The notes under the pieces: model-generated
Databases searched by the model: none
Seen by the model: the letters and a program-made list of their open reading frames with translations, nothing else
Told to the model about the DNA's origin: nothing
Shown here: positions 9,324 to 18,918 of the stretch, piece after piece
Layout of the letters: each line of letters opens with the position of its first letter
Numbering within the stretch: position 1 is the stretch's first letter
Source: an uncultured Pseudomonadota bacterium
Lineage (GTDB): Bacteria; BMS3Abin14
Reading direction: 5' to 3'
Length of the DNA stretch: 64,000 nucleotides
Assembly (NCBI GenBank): GCA_964454175.1
Contig: CAYVSA010000001.1
Span: forward strand, 1-64,000
Position numbers and translations under genes: made by a program

Positions 9324-9697
9324 CTAAACAGCTCCAGGAATATAAATGCTCCTGCCCCGATGATGAGAGAACCGGCCGGGATGAAGAAAAGATGCCTGAA
9401 AGCTTTTTTGCAGGCCGAAAGGTAGCACACGGCCGGCATGGATACAGCTCCCGTCAGGAACAGGATGGAAGGAATATGGCTGGGATTGGTAATGTTCAGG
9501 TATGAAATACTGAAGGAATATCCAAGATTGATGAATCCTATTCCCAGAAAGGATATGTGGCCAAGACGCACCATGCGCCGGGGCCAGCTGCTGTAACCGC
9601 CCCGCCACTGCTCAGAGTGGAAAAACAGGCCTTCAAGCGCTCCGGCCAGAAAACCCATCAAGATACCGATCCAGGCTGCGTAAAAATTTATTAACAC
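9320..9697 (-). CDS. Hypothetical membrane protein
   Basis: GTG start, four hydrophobic segments, RRMVRLGH motif, overlaps the radical SAM start. Confidence 0.7.
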   Translation of the reverse strand: MLINFYAAWIGILMGFLAGALEGLFFHSEQWRGGYSSWPRRMVRLGHISFLGIGFINLGYSFSISYLNITNPSHIPSILFLTGAVSMPAVCYLSACKKAFRHLFFIPAGSLIIGAGAFIFLELFR

Positions 9698-9855
9698 TTG
9701 ACCCCCCGATGGCCAGTCCAGCGTCTTTGACTTTGCACGCCAAAAACCTGTAAAAGTCTATCACGGATGTTTGAAAAATAGAATCTGGGCCTTTTTGCCA
9801 AACAACAGCACTCCGGCACATACACCGGAAGACAACCTGCCCGGATCTGGAGATT

Positions 9856-10512
9856 ATGAAAATATTCCACAAGGCACCGCATGAGAGAGGCTTTACCCTC
9901 ATCGAGGTAATGGTAGCAATGACCATTCTGGCTATAATCGCCGGTATTGCCTTCACTGTCGTATTCGGAGCGAGCAAGAGGTCCAGGGTCCTTGCCAGGG
10001 AGATAGAGCTTCGCAGGGTGGCAGCTGCGGTCATGGAACTTGTCGTCGAAGACATCAACGGTGCCTTTATCCGAGAGGGGGTGCTCCCGTTTTTCGTTGG
10101 TACTGATGACTTTAACCAGGACGACCCCTCAGACAGGGTAGCCTTCATTACTACTTCCTCGCTGCCGGTTGATCCCATGTCTTTTTCAGGGGACCTGGCC
10201 GAGGTGGAGTACTCCATTTTTGTTGACGGCGACGGAAAGAGAGCGCTCTTCAGGCGGGAGCAGTCTCCTCCCCAGACGCCTGACGAGGAAGGCGGGCCTA
10301 GCCAGGAAGTGACAGCCCTGATCCGGTCCCTGAACATACGCTACTGGGACGGTTCCGGCTGGTTAGATGAGTGGGACAGCCTTGACAGTACGAGCAAGAG
10401 TGCCTACGGACGGCTTCCCAGTCGTGTTGAGGTCGAGATGACCTTTATGGCCGGCGGATCCGAGGTTACTTTCAAGACGGGGGTGGCACCGCCAATGGCG
10501 GCTGTTGAGTAA
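9856..10512 (+). CDS. Type II secretion minor pseudopilin GspJ-like
   Basis: RG|FTLIEVMVAMTIL prepilin cleavage/methylation motif; C-terminal W..W....LP..VEV pattern. Confidence 0.85.
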   Translation: MKIFHKAPHERGFTLIEVMVAMTILAIIAGIAFTVVFGASKRSRVLAREIELRRVAAAVMELVVEDINGAFIREGVLPFFVGTDDFNQDDPSDRVAFITTSSLPVDPMSFSGDLAEVEYSIFVDGDGKRALFRREQSPPQTPDEEGGPSQEVTALIRSLNIRYWDGSGWLDEWDSLDSTSKSAYGRLPSRVEVEMTFMAGGSEVTFKTGVAPPMAAVE

Positions 10513-10573
10513 GATCAGCTCAATGTCCCAATCTCTTCTTGTTACCATAGGTGCCTTCCGCTAAACTTCAAAC

Positions 10574-11692
10574 ATGCCATCTTCCGACCTTCCGTTATTC
10601 CACTTCGCTCAGAGCTACAAAGACTCAAATCAGTTCTATCTGACACAGTTCCTGTGCCCCGACCCCTTTGCTGTTCTTGAGCTGCCAGGGGGAAGGGCAG
10701 TCGCGGCTGTCTCAGCCATGGAGCACGGCAGGGCTGAAAGGGAGTCAACCTGCGAGGCCGTCGAGGTTCTCACCCGCAGGAAGGGAGGGCCTCCGGAGTC
10801 GGCCCTGACGGCTTTTCTGAAAAAGCACCGGGCAGATCGCATCCGTGTCCTGCCTTCTTTCCCGGTTGGCCTGGCAAGGTTCCTTGAGTCTGAGGGTTTT
10901 TCCCTCGAAATTGATGGTACTTCCGTATCCGGCCGACGCCGGAGAAAGTCCGCCAGGGAGATAGAGCTGATCCAGAACGCCCAGAGATCCACTGAAAGAG
11001 CAATGGAAACGGCAAGGCTGGTCCTTGCCGGATGCACCGTGAAAAAGAGCACCCTCGAGCACGATGGTCAAGTCCTGACAGCACAGCGGCTGAGGAGTAT
11101 CGTAGAAGTCTTTTTGCTGGATGAAGGTTTTGAATCCATGGATACTATTACTGCGCCGGGGAAGTGCGGTGCCGATCCTCACGAAAAAGGGATCGGGCCC
11201 ATACGCGCCGGGGTGCCTATAGTAATAGACCTTTTTCCCAGGGACAAGGTCAGCAGGTATCATTCCGACATGTCCCGGACTTTCGTCGTTGGCAAGGCTT
11301 CCGGTGCGGCAAGGGAGATGCATGCGGCAGTAGCAGAAGCACAGGATGCCGCAATTGACCGTCTGAAACCTGGAGTTTCACTCGCCAGTGTACACGATGC
11401 GGTATGTGACGTTTTCAGGGCCAGGGGATATCCTGTTCCGGGGAAGCCTGGCAAGGTTTTGAAAAGAGGCTTTCTCCACAGCACCGGTCACGGGCTCGGG
11501 CTCGATGTGCACGAAGCTCCGTCGGTATCTTCTGAAGGGGATGAGTTAAAGGCGGGGGACGTCATTACGATCGAACCCGGGCTTTACGACCGCAGGGTAG
11601 GCGGCATCCGGATAGAGGATGTGATCGCAGTCATGCCGGACGGCAGCGTGAGAAACCTGACCCGATTTGACAGGGAGCTGGAGATACTTTGA
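10574..11692 (+). CDS. M24 family Xaa-Pro peptidase
   Basis: DPHE, IVIDLFP, SDMSRTF, HSTGHGLGLDVHE, TIEPGLY, GIRIED. Confidence 0.93.
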   Translation: MPSSDLPLFHFAQSYKDSNQFYLTQFLCPDPFAVLELPGGRAVAAVSAMEHGRAERESTCEAVEVLTRRKGGPPESALTAFLKKHRADRIRVLPSFPVGLARFLESEGFSLEIDGTSVSGRRRRKSAREIELIQNAQRSTERAMETARLVLAGCTVKKSTLEHDGQVLTAQRLRSIVEVFLLDEGFESMDTITAPGKCGADPHEKGIGPIRAGVPIVIDLFPRDKVSRYHSDMSRTFVVGKASGAAREMHAAVAEAQDAAIDRLKPGVSLASVHDAVCDVFRARGYPVPGKPGKVLKRGFLHSTGHGLGLDVHEAPSVSSEGDELKAGDVITIEPGLYDRRVGGIRIEDVIAVMPDGSVRNLTRFDRELEIL

Positions 11693-12834
11693 CTCTCCCC
11701 GTTTCCCTGGTCCGATGTAAAAGTTACGACCCCGATGAAGTCAGATCAGCGGTCCGCGAGTCCCTCGAACCCCTGGGCGGCATGGCGTCCTTTGTCAGAT
11801 CCGGCCAGAATGTGCTCCTTAAGCCAAACCTTCTCACACCCCAGCAATCCGACAAGGCTGTAACAACCCACCCTGAGTTCATACGCGCAGTTGCCATGGA
11901 GGCTCAGGAGGCTGGGGGACACCTGTTCCTGGGAGACAGCCCAGCGTTCGGCACGATGGGGGCAGTTTTGTCAAGGAGTGGGGTAGGACGCATTGTAAAA
12001 GAACTTGGAATTACCGTCGTCCCCTTCAAGAACCCTGTCACCCTTGCTGTGCCTGACGGCATTTATTTTAAAACCCTGGAGATAGCAGAAGAGTCCCAGA
12101 AGTTCGATGTTCTGATAAATCTCCCCAAGTTGAAGACCCACACGCTGATGCTCCTGACCCTGGCGGTCAAGAACCTCTTCGGCACGGTGGTGGGCGTTTC
12201 GAAAACAGGCTGGCACCTCAGGGCGAAAGACGACTGGCGCTTTGCCGACCTGCTTCTTGACGTCGCGAGGCTGGCAGGACCGGACTTGAACATCCTGGAC
12301 GGGATACTGGGCATGGAGGGCAACGGACCCAACTCCGGCGATCCTGCGTGGACCAGTATAGTGGCCGCCTCCCCGTCAGCAATAGCCCTTGACCAGGTCG
12401 TTGCCTCTGCCCTGGGGGCTGGTCCGGAAAAATTCATGGTCCTGGCTCGCGCTCAGAAGCAGGGCCTTGAGGGCTCTATGCCGGAGCAGGTCAAGGTCAT
12501 CGGGCTTCCGGCCGGGGAGGCAGTTGCGGCTGACTTCAGACTTCCCGATACCGCCAGGAGTGTGGATTTTATGATCCCGTCCTTTATCCGGGGAAGGATG
12601 AGGCAGTCCCTGTCATCCTATCCCATGCTGGATCCCGGCAGATGCACATCCTGCGGCGCCTGCAGGGACACCTGTCCGGTGAGCGCTATCAGTCTGCACG
12701 ATGGCGGGGGTGGCGATGTGGATCGGAGCCTGTGCATAAGCTGTTTCTGCTGTCAGGAGATCTGCCCGGAATGGGCCATCGATCCTGTGGACGGCAAGAT
12801 GTTGAAGATAATGAAGAAGATGGGGATCGCGTAA
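11689..12834 (+). CDS. DUF362 domain protein with C-terminal 2x[4Fe-4S] ferredoxin domain
   Basis: LLKPNLL...TTHP, NLPKLKTH, GMEGNGP; CTSCGACRDTCP and CISCFCCQEICP. Confidence 0.9.
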   Translation: MTLPVSLVRCKSYDPDEVRSAVRESLEPLGGMASFVRSGQNVLLKPNLLTPQQSDKAVTTHPEFIRAVAMEAQEAGGHLFLGDSPAFGTMGAVLSRSGVGRIVKELGITVVPFKNPVTLAVPDGIYFKTLEIAEESQKFDVLINLPKLKTHTLMLLTLAVKNLFGTVVGVSKTGWHLRAKDDWRFADLLLDVARLAGPDLNILDGILGMEGNGPNSGDPAWTSIVAASPSAIALDQVVASALGAGPEKFMVLARAQKQGLEGSMPEQVKVIGLPAGEAVAADFRLPDTARSVDFMIPSFIRGRMRQSLSSYPMLDPGRCTSCGACRDTCPVSAISLHDGGGGDVDRSLCISCFCCQEICPEWAIDPVDGKMLKIMKKMGIA

Positions 12835-12930
12835 TTTGACAGTTGAAAGTAAAAAATGGCTGACGTTTAACTTTTTAACCTTCAACCTCCGGCACGACTT
12901 AATTCCTAATGCTAGAATTTCCAATTTCCA
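12834..12930. repeat. Inverted heptamer arrays between convergent genes
   Basis: atttgac agttgaa agtaaaa ... tttttaac cttcaac forms an imperfect inverted repeat, followed by taattcc taatgct agaattt ccaattt. Confidence 0.55.
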
Positions 12931-12948
12931 AGGCTGAAGCTGGCGGCT

Positions 12949-13965
12949 TCAGCCCCCAATATGGCTCATTGTCCTGGAACAGGGCGGCGCGAAACCAGCG
13001 CCGTTGATGTGATGCCCTTCCGGTTTGGTTACAAGGGCGGTCTTGATGGCACTTAGCACCGCCTGGTCGCTGCAGCCCTCTCTCATCAGGGAAAGAAGAT
13101 CGGTTTCGGCGTCCGAAAAAAGGCAGGTCCTCAAAAAACCGTCTGAAGTGAGCCTCACCCGGTTACACTGCACGCAGAACTCAGATGATATGGGAGTTAT
13201 GAATCCCAGAGTTCCCAGATGTCCGGGTACCTGGTACCTCTGGGCAGGTCCGGCCCCCCGGCCCTTCCCCAGGGAGATCAGGTCGTATTCCGTTTTGATC
13301 CTGGCTGCAGCCTCTTTAGCGGTAAATACCCTGTCCGCAGACCAGAACCCGTTTGCCCCCAGGGGCATGAACTCAATGAAACGAACTTCGTACTCCTCGT
13401 CGCGAGTCATGGCAACAAAGTCCATGAGTTCATCGTCGTTAAAGCCCCTCATCAGCACCACGTTGATCTTCACAGGGGTAAGGCCGGCCTCAGAGGCTGT
13501 TCGAATGCCCTCAAGGACCCGTGAGAGTCTTATGGCGGTTCCTGGGTCGTTCCTGTGGGTAATCCACCCGAATCTGTCATCTTTGAGGGTGTCCAGGCTA
13601 ACATTTACCCTGGATAGGCCAGCTGCCTTGAGGGATAAAGCTCTCTGGGCGAGGAGGGTGCCGTTTGTGGTGAGGCTGAGATCTGATATCCCCGGTAATT
13701 TTGCCAGTGACCCAACGAGGCGCTCCAGGTGTTTTCTCACTAGAGGCTCACCGCCGGTAATGCGGACGCTGGAAACCCCTCGTTCACCCAGGACCGCTAC
13801 TATTCGTTCGATCTCCTCGTAGGTCATTATCTGCCCGTGGGCCAGATCTACGAAGTTATCCGGCGGGATGCAGTAAAGGCATCTCAGGTTGCACCGGTCT
13901 GTCACCGATACCCTGACGTACTTTATTGGTCTGTTAAAACTGTCTAGCAATCGTTCACTGGTCAT
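12949..13965 (-). CDS. moaA: GTP 3',8-cyclase (Moco biosynthesis)
   Basis: RVSVTDRCNLRCLYC, TGGEPL, FCVQCNRVRLTSDG...CL, C-terminal IGG. Start placed at MTSERLLDSF because the upstream extension is riboswitch sequence. Confidence 0.96.
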   Translation of the reverse strand: MTSERLLDSFNRPIKYVRVSVTDRCNLRCLYCIPPDNFVDLAHGQIMTYEEIERIVAVLGERGVSSVRITGGEPLVRKHLERLVGSLAKLPGISDLSLTTNGTLLAQRALSLKAAGLSRVNVSLDTLKDDRFGWITHRNDPGTAIRLSRVLEGIRTASEAGLTPVKINVVLMRGFNDDELMDFVAMTRDEEYEVRFIEFMPLGANGFWSADRVFTAKEAAARIKTEYDLISLGKGRGAGPAQRYQVPGHLGTLGFITPISSEFCVQCNRVRLTSDGFLRTCLFSDAETDLLSLMREGCSDQAVLSAIKTALVTKPEGHHINGAGFAPPCSRTMSHIGG

Positions 13966-13971
13966 AGAATA

Positions 13972-13996
13972 CAAAAAGGCTCGCTTCTGGCGAGCC
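13972..13996 (-). terminator. Intrinsic terminator of the Moco riboswitch expression platform
   Basis: Minus strand ggctcgc-cagaa-gcgagcc-tttttgt, immediately before the moaA ATG. Confidence 0.8.
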
Positions 13997-14009
13997 CGGC
14001 CGCATAAGG

Positions 14010-14106
14010 ACCTCTCCTTTCCAAAAACGGGAGGCCCATCCGTTTCCAGATGAACCCGTCGGCCGCTGACCGTAGGCTTGTCCGTTAGGCGCGCGGCTCG
14101 GAGAGC
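14010..14106 (-). ncRNA. Moco (molybdenum/tungsten cofactor) riboswitch
   Basis: Minus strand ctctccgagcc...cctaa...tacgg...catctGGAAACggatg...gcctcccg...GGAAAGGAGag carries the characteristic elements of the Moco RNA motif and sits directly 5' of moaA. Confidence 0.88.
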
Positions 14107-14130
14107 ATGCATGAACTTAACAGAAATACC

Positions 14131-15165
14131 CTACAGCATCAATATCTTGCTTTTCAGGATGAGTATCTCGAAGGCGATAGAGGCCTTTCGCATTATCCGG
14201 ACAAGAAACTCCAGGTCATCTTCTCCGGGTTCGTTTTTCCAGGAGAAACCTACGATCGCAGCCACCGTGCGTTTCCTGAGAACGAGGGGGCAGACTGTTA
14301 TCTCCGCAGGCGGGGAGGAGGACAGGTTGGCCAGCCACGGGTTGGTGCTGTACAGGTCCTTGCCACTCCCCCTGAAAACACTCCTTGATTCCTGAATAAG
14401 GCTCAGGATGTTATGGGGCTCCAGATCGATCTTCCATGAACCGAAATCTCCTCCAGGCTTCACCTTGCCTCCGGACATCCAGCCCTGCGCCTGATTCCCC
14501 TTTAAAAGAAACATGAACACGTCGTCAAGGACCTGCAGGCTGCCGCTCACTACCGTGTGAGCCACATCGTTCCTGTTAGATATCTCCATGAATGACCTGG
14601 TGATATCCTCCAGCATCGCGGCATCTTCTTCAAGGATATCGTGAGCTTCAAGATCGTGGATCTCTTCAGGTTCATCCCCGGTTTTTTTCACGCGTTTTGG
14701 CGTGTGTGATGGAACCGCGATATAACGGGCTTCACTTTTTATGTTGTAGTACCTGTCCAGTGCCTGTGTGATCCGCAGTTCGCTCGCCACCGCCGATTTG
14801 ATCACACAGTCGGTCCTGAAAGAGACCTCGTCGACTACGTCCAGCCTGGTCGGGTCTCGCATGGCCAGGACGATACGTTTTCCTTCTTTTTTTAGAGGAA
14901 TTATCCGGTGCTGTTCGATAAGATCCCTGGGGACGCAATCCAGTATGTTCTGGGTGATGTTTTCAAAGTGGTGTGCTTCTGCAAAGGGGACGTTGTGCTG
15001 CGAGGCAAGCTCTTTGAGGAGGGTTTCCTCATCCACGGCACCCATCTCCAGGAGATTTGTTCCAAGCCTCCCCCCAAAGATCACCTGTCTTTGAAGTGCC
15101 TCTTCCAGAATGTCCATGGTGATGATGCCATGGTCCAGAAGCAGACTACCCAGGTTCTTCTTCAT
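14131..15165 (-). CDS. MshEN / T2SSE N-terminal domain protein without ATPase domain (possible c-di-GMP receptor)
   Basis: NLGSLLLDHGII...LEEALQRQ and RLGTNLLEMGAV...LASQ tandem MshEN-type motifs; IIPL...LAMRDP T2SSE_N; no Walker A. Start placed at MKKNLG. Confidence 0.82.
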   Translation of the reverse strand: MKKNLGSLLLDHGIITMDILEEALQRQVIFGGRLGTNLLEMGAVDEETLLKELASQHNVPFAEAHHFENITQNILDCVPRDLIEQHRIIPLKKEGKRIVLAMRDPTRLDVVDEVSFRTDCVIKSAVASELRITQALDRYYNIKSEARYIAVPSHTPKRVKKTGDEPEEIHDLEAHDILEEDAAMLEDITRSFMEISNRNDVAHTVVSGSLQVLDDVFMFLLKGNQAQGWMSGGKVKPGGDFGSWKIDLEPHNILSLIQESRSVFRGSGKDLYSTNPWLANLSSSPPAEITVCPLVLRKRTVAAIVGFSWKNEPGEDDLEFLVRIMRKASIAFEILILKSKILML

Positions 15166-15913
15166 CAGGTGTGTCCTCACCTTCATCGACAAGAGGTTTG
15201 CGGCCGAAAACTTTGGCCACCTGCACGCTCACCTCGAAAAGGATGAGCAGCGGACCTGCCATCATCATTTGCGTTGCGATATCCGGCGGCGTCAAGGCCG
15301 CGGACAAAACAAATACGATGACGATGGCATAGCGCCTGTTTTTTGCCAGTGATTCATATGATAATAGACCGATCCTGGAAAAGAAATAGGATATAAGGGG
15401 CAGCTCAAACACCAGCCCGAAGGCAATAAGCAGCTTTGTGGCAAAGGTGAAATACTCCCTGACCGATGGAAAGGGGCGTATCCCCTCGTTGGCAAATCCC
15501 ATGAAGAATTTGAAACCGAAAGGAAATACAACGAAGTAACCGAACATGGATCCTGTTACGAAAAAGATCGTGGAGAAAATTACGAAGGGAATAACGACAG
15601 TTTTTTCTTTCTTGTACAGGCCCGGTGCTACAAAAGCCCAGAACTGGTAGAATATCACCGGCAGTGCGAGGAATATCCCGGCCAGCAGCGACACCTTCAG
15701 GTAGGTAAAAAACGCCTCGGCAACACCGGTAAAGATCATCCACGAGTTCTTCTCCGGCAGACTGGCCAGCAGGGGGATCGCTATTAACTCGAAGATACGG
15801 TCCTTGAAGGCGTAGCAGCCGAGAAACCCGACCCCGACCGCAATGACGCAGATAATGAGGCGCCGCCGCAGCTCTTCCAGATGGGAGGAGAAGGGAAGCC
15901 GTTGTTCAGACAT
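15146..15913 (-). CDS. tatC: Twin-arginine translocase subunit C
   Basis: HLEELRRRL, YQFWAFVAPGLY..E, FELP, LTPPD. Confidence 0.97.
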   Translation of the reverse strand: MSEQRLPFSSHLEELRRRLIICVIAVGVGFLGCYAFKDRIFELIAIPLLASLPEKNSWMIFTGVAEAFFTYLKVSLLAGIFLALPVIFYQFWAFVAPGLYKKEKTVVIPFVIFSTIFFVTGSMFGYFVVFPFGFKFFMGFANEGIRPFPSVREYFTFATKLLIAFGLVFELPLISYFFSRIGLLSYESLAKNRRYAIVIVFVLSAALTPPDIATQMMMAGPLLILFEVSVQVAKVFGRKPLVDEGEDTPDEEEPG

Positions 15914-16280
15914 CCCTGTCTTCGTCATCCGCTATGCCGCCCTCGATCTCTTCGGGTGAGTATGTGAGCTCAGGTTCTGTGTCAGGGTCGCTGGGAACGT
16001 CCCCGGCTGGCTTCAGGTCCGTCTGTTCGGTGGTAGTGTCGGAACCCTCCTGGTCCTGCTCGCCATCCGGGATGAGATGAGGGTATTTTTCGGCCAGATC
16101 CTTGCGGTGCTCCTTTTCAAGGTCTACCCTGACTGAATCCTGAAAGTCGTCCGTGGCCTTTTTAAACTCGGCAAGTCCTTTACCGAGATGCCTGGCAAGC
16201 TCGGGAAGGCGTTTGGGACCGATCACAATGAGAGCGACCACCAGGATAACCAGTATTTCGGGCATACCTATGCCGAACAT
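15906..16280 (-). CDS. tatB: Twin-arginine translocase TatB/TatA subunit
   Basis: MFGIGMPEILVILVVALIVIGPKRLPELAR followed by an acidic tail. Confidence 0.88.
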   Translation of the reverse strand: MFGIGMPEILVILVVALIVIGPKRLPELARHLGKGLAEFKKATDDFQDSVRVDLEKEHRKDLAEKYPHLIPDGEQDQEGSDTTTEQTDLKPAGDVPSDPDTEPELTYSPEEIEGGIADDEDRDV

Positions 16281-16329
16281 TCTATCTCTCCGTTGGGAAA
16301 AATCTCCTAAACCTCTTTGATGTAAAGGA

Positions 16330-16358
16330 TTTATATGTTATTTAGAAAACCCTGTCAA
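16330..16358 (-). promoter_or_regulatory. Sigma70-type promoter for tatBC
   Basis: Minus strand TTGACA-N17-TATAAA. Confidence 0.65.
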
Positions 16359-16428
16359 CGAAAGGTGCCAGGGATCGGTTGATGGCTGGGCGGGACATCC
16401 TGCGAGCCGGAAGCGTTGGCGATAACTT

Positions 16429-17364
16429 GTGAGGAAGCTTGAGATGCATGACGAAAAAACAAAGGCGAGGATCAGGGAACTCCTGAAGGAACGAAATGCT
16501 GTAATGCTGGCGCACAATTATCAGCGGGATGATATCCAGGAGATTGCAGACCATACAGGTGATTCTCTCGGGCTTTCACAGCTGGCCGCCAAGTCAGATG
16601 CCGAGGTGATAGTCTTTTGCGGCGTCCACTTCATGGCCGAGTCAGCCGCAATACTTGCTCCAGACCGAACGGTGCTCTTGCCGCGCCACGAAGCAGGGTG
16701 CCCCATGGCCGACATGATCGACCCGGAAGGCGTCCGATCCATGCGCCAGCGTTATCCCGGGGGAACTGTCATTGCCTACGTGAACACATCTGCTGCTGTG
16801 AAGGCTGAAAGTGACATATGCTGCACCTCGGCCAATGCTGTAAGGGTGGCCGAATCCCTTCCCGTGGAAGGTGCCCCCCTGATCATGGTCCCTGACATGA
16901 ACCTGGCACAGTACATCGCATCTCAGGTTGATAGAGAGGTGGTCTGGTGGGAGGGTTACTGCCCCATTCACAATGCCTACGGTGCGGAGGATGTGCTCAA
17001 AGTAAAAGAACGTCACCCTGACGCGGTGTTTGCGGCCCATCCGGAGTGCAGGCCAGAGGTTCTTGAGCTGGCGGACCACATAACGAGTACTTCGGGAATG
17101 TACAGGTTTGCCAGGGAAACTTCTGCAGAGGAGATCATTGTTGGCACAGAAAAGGGCGTCCTGTACCGTATGAGACTGGAAAGCCCGGGAAAAACCTTTA
17201 TTCCCCTTTCCGAGAACATGATCTGCCCCAACATGAAGCTGACAACCCTGAAAGATGTAATGGATGCTCTGGAAACCATGGCTCCGGTCGTCACGGTCCA
17301 GGAAGACATACGGCTCAAAGCCGTCATGGCCCTTGAAAGGATGCTGGCAGTGCCGAGGGACTGA
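16429..17364 (+). CDS. nadA: Quinolinate synthase
   Basis: [47 protein letters not shown]. Confidence 0.97.
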   Translation: MRKLEMHDEKTKARIRELLKERNAVMLAHNYQRDDIQEIADHTGDSLGLSQLAAKSDAEVIVFCGVHFMAESAAILAPDRTVLLPRHEAGCPMADMIDPEGVRSMRQRYPGGTVIAYVNTSAAVKAESDICCTSANAVRVAESLPVEGAPLIMVPDMNLAQYIASQVDREVVWWEGYCPIHNAYGAEDVLKVKERHPDAVFAAHPECRPEVLELADHITSTSGMYRFARETSAEEIIVGTEKGVLYRMRLESPGKTFIPLSENMICPNMKLTTLKDVMDALETMAPVVTVQEDIRLKAVMALERMLAVPRD

Positions 17365-17431
17365 ATTGCAGTGAGGGTCCCATGGCCCAGGTCCCACGCC
17401 CCACGAAAAAAATCTATCAGAAAAAAATCAG

Positions 17432-17470
17432 AAAAATGCCTGCCGTAGAAAAACCTCCGGCAGGCATTTT
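17432..17470. terminator. Bidirectional intrinsic terminator between nadA and moaC
   Basis: aaaaatgcctgccg...cggcaggcatttt stem with A/T tracts on both sides. Confidence 0.85.
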
Positions 17471-17519
17471 ATTGGAGTATTGAAAATTAAATTTTGGATA
17501 TTGGACATTTGATATTTCT
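17470..17519. repeat. Degenerate heptamer tandem array (TATTGGA)
   Basis: tattgga g tattgaa aattaaa ttttgga tattgga catttga tatttct. Confidence 0.65.
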
Positions 17520-17530
17520 GCCCTGGTGTT

Positions 17531-18010
17531 CTATTTAGCCCTGTACACTCCGCTCTTGCCGCCATCCTTGAAAGTCAGCCTGACGTTCTGAATCCGCATG
17601 CCCTTGTCAACCGACTTCAGCATGTCGTAGATCGTGAGAGCAGAGACAGCTACTGCGGTGAGGGCCTCCATCTCCACGCCGGTCCTCCCTGTAGTGGATG
17701 CGGCTGCTTCTATCCTGATGCCGGGAAGAGATTCGTCCGGTTCAAGCTCAACCCTGAGTGAGTTCAACGGTATGGGGTGGGTAAGGGGTATCAGGTCAGA
17801 TGTTTTTTTCCCGCCAGAAATTCCCGCGATACGGGCAGCAGCAAAGACATCTCCCTTCGGTACCTGACCGTCAAGGACCGACCTGAGAGTCTCGGGCAGG
17901 GTCACAACCTCACCACGGGCAATTGCAGTACGTCTTGTCTCGTCCTTGCCGCCGACATCCACCATTCGGGCCTGTCCAGAACCGTCCAGATGGGTGAGTT
18001 TGCGGCTCAA
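17531..18010 (-). CDS. moaC: Cyclic pyranopterin monophosphate synthase
   Basis: LTHLD...ARMVDV, KGDV...[31 protein letters not shown]. Confidence 0.97.
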   Translation of the reverse strand: MSRKLTHLDGSGQARMVDVGGKDETRRTAIARGEVVTLPETLRSVLDGQVPKGDVFAAARIAGISGGKKTSDLIPLTHPIPLNSLRVELEPDESLPGIRIEAAASTTGRTGVEMEALTAVAVSALTIYDMLKSVDKGMRIQNVRLTFKDGGKSGVYRAK

Positions 18011-18011
18011 T

Positions 18012-18356
18012 TTACTCTTCCTCAGAGAGAAACTCTGTTATGATGAGAAGGTCTTCATCGGCGACCTGATCGAATCGAATGCCGAGCCCGAAGTGACCGT
18101 TTTCGAGCTCTCTCTGGTGAATTATTGCCCCGCGTGCCTTGATTATATTATCCTGAATTCCAAGGGTAAGCTCGACTTCTCTGGCGGTGGAGGGGAGAGG
18201 GTTGGGGATCTCCAGCATGATGCCTCCCTCTGAGAGGTCGAGGGTCCGGCCGGCTGTTTCGAGGTCAACGTGCCCTTCCGGAGCGTAGTGTGAAAACGAT
18301 ACCAGGTTGACGGTCTCGAGACGCTTTAGCCTTGGTTTGAGCTCCTTTTTGGTCAC
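18012..18356 (-). CDS. Stand-alone PilZ domain protein
   Basis: DLSEGG (DxSxxG), GLGIRF; RxxxR motif degenerate; GTG start after GGAGG (ORF track start 18380). Confidence 0.8.
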   Translation of the reverse strand: MTKKELKPRLKRLETVNLVSFSHYAPEGHVDLETAGRTLDLSEGGIMLEIPNPLPSTAREVELTLGIQDNIIKARGAIIHQRELENGHFGLGIRFDQVADEDLLIITEFLSEEE

Positions 18357-18427
18357 TAACGAACCTCCTTGGTGAGCCAACCGTTAGCATATTTCCTTAA
18401 CTATTGCAATTGGTTTGCCGGTTATCT

Positions 18428-18457
18428 TTGACATTTCATCTGACCTTATTCTATATT
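18428..18457 (+). promoter_or_regulatory. Sigma70-type promoter
   Basis: TTGACA-N18-TATATT upstream of the YjbQ-family gene. Confidence 0.55.
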
Positions 18458-18520
18458 CAGATGATTTACCGGCAAAGTTGCGTAATACAGGAAACTTTCT
18501 TCGATGCGGTGACCCGTTAT

Positions 18521-18916
18521 ATGGATGAGTTCAAGATAGTTACGAGAAAAAGGGAAGAGCTCATCGACATCACCGCCAGTGTTGCCGACATCCTCTCCTC
18601 CGCCGGCGTATCTTCTGGAATTTGTGTCCTGTACTGTCCCCACACTACTGCGGCCATTACGATAAACGAAGGAGCGGATCCGGATGTTGCGTCGGATATT
18701 ATCATCGGCCTGGCCCGGCTGGTTCCGTCCACCTGGCCATTTGCACATCTGGAGGGCAACTCTGACGCACACTTGAAAGCGAGCCTGGTGGGCCCCTCCC
18801 AGACAGTGATGATCAGAGAAAACGAACCTGTCCTTGGTACATGGCAGAGGATTTTTTTCTGTGAGTTCGACGGTCCCCGCACCAGGTCCGTCCTGGTTAA
18901 AATAGTAGAGGGCTGA
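18521..18916 (+). CDS. yjbQ: YjbQ/UPF0047 family protein
   Basis: HTTAAITINE.ADPDV, HLEGNSDAHLKASL, LGTWQRIFFCEFDGPR. Confidence 0.9.
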   Translation: MDEFKIVTRKREELIDITASVADILSSAGVSSGICVLYCPHTTAAITINEGADPDVASDIIIGLARLVPSTWPFAHLEGNSDAHLKASLVGPSQTVMIRENEPVLGTWQRIFFCEFDGPRTRSVLVKIVEG

Positions 18917-18918
18917 GA

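Noticed and set aside
13966-14112. 49-aa N-terminal extension of MoaA in the ORF track
   Set aside because: The region is the Moco riboswitch and its terminator; MoaA similarity starts at MTSERLLDSF.
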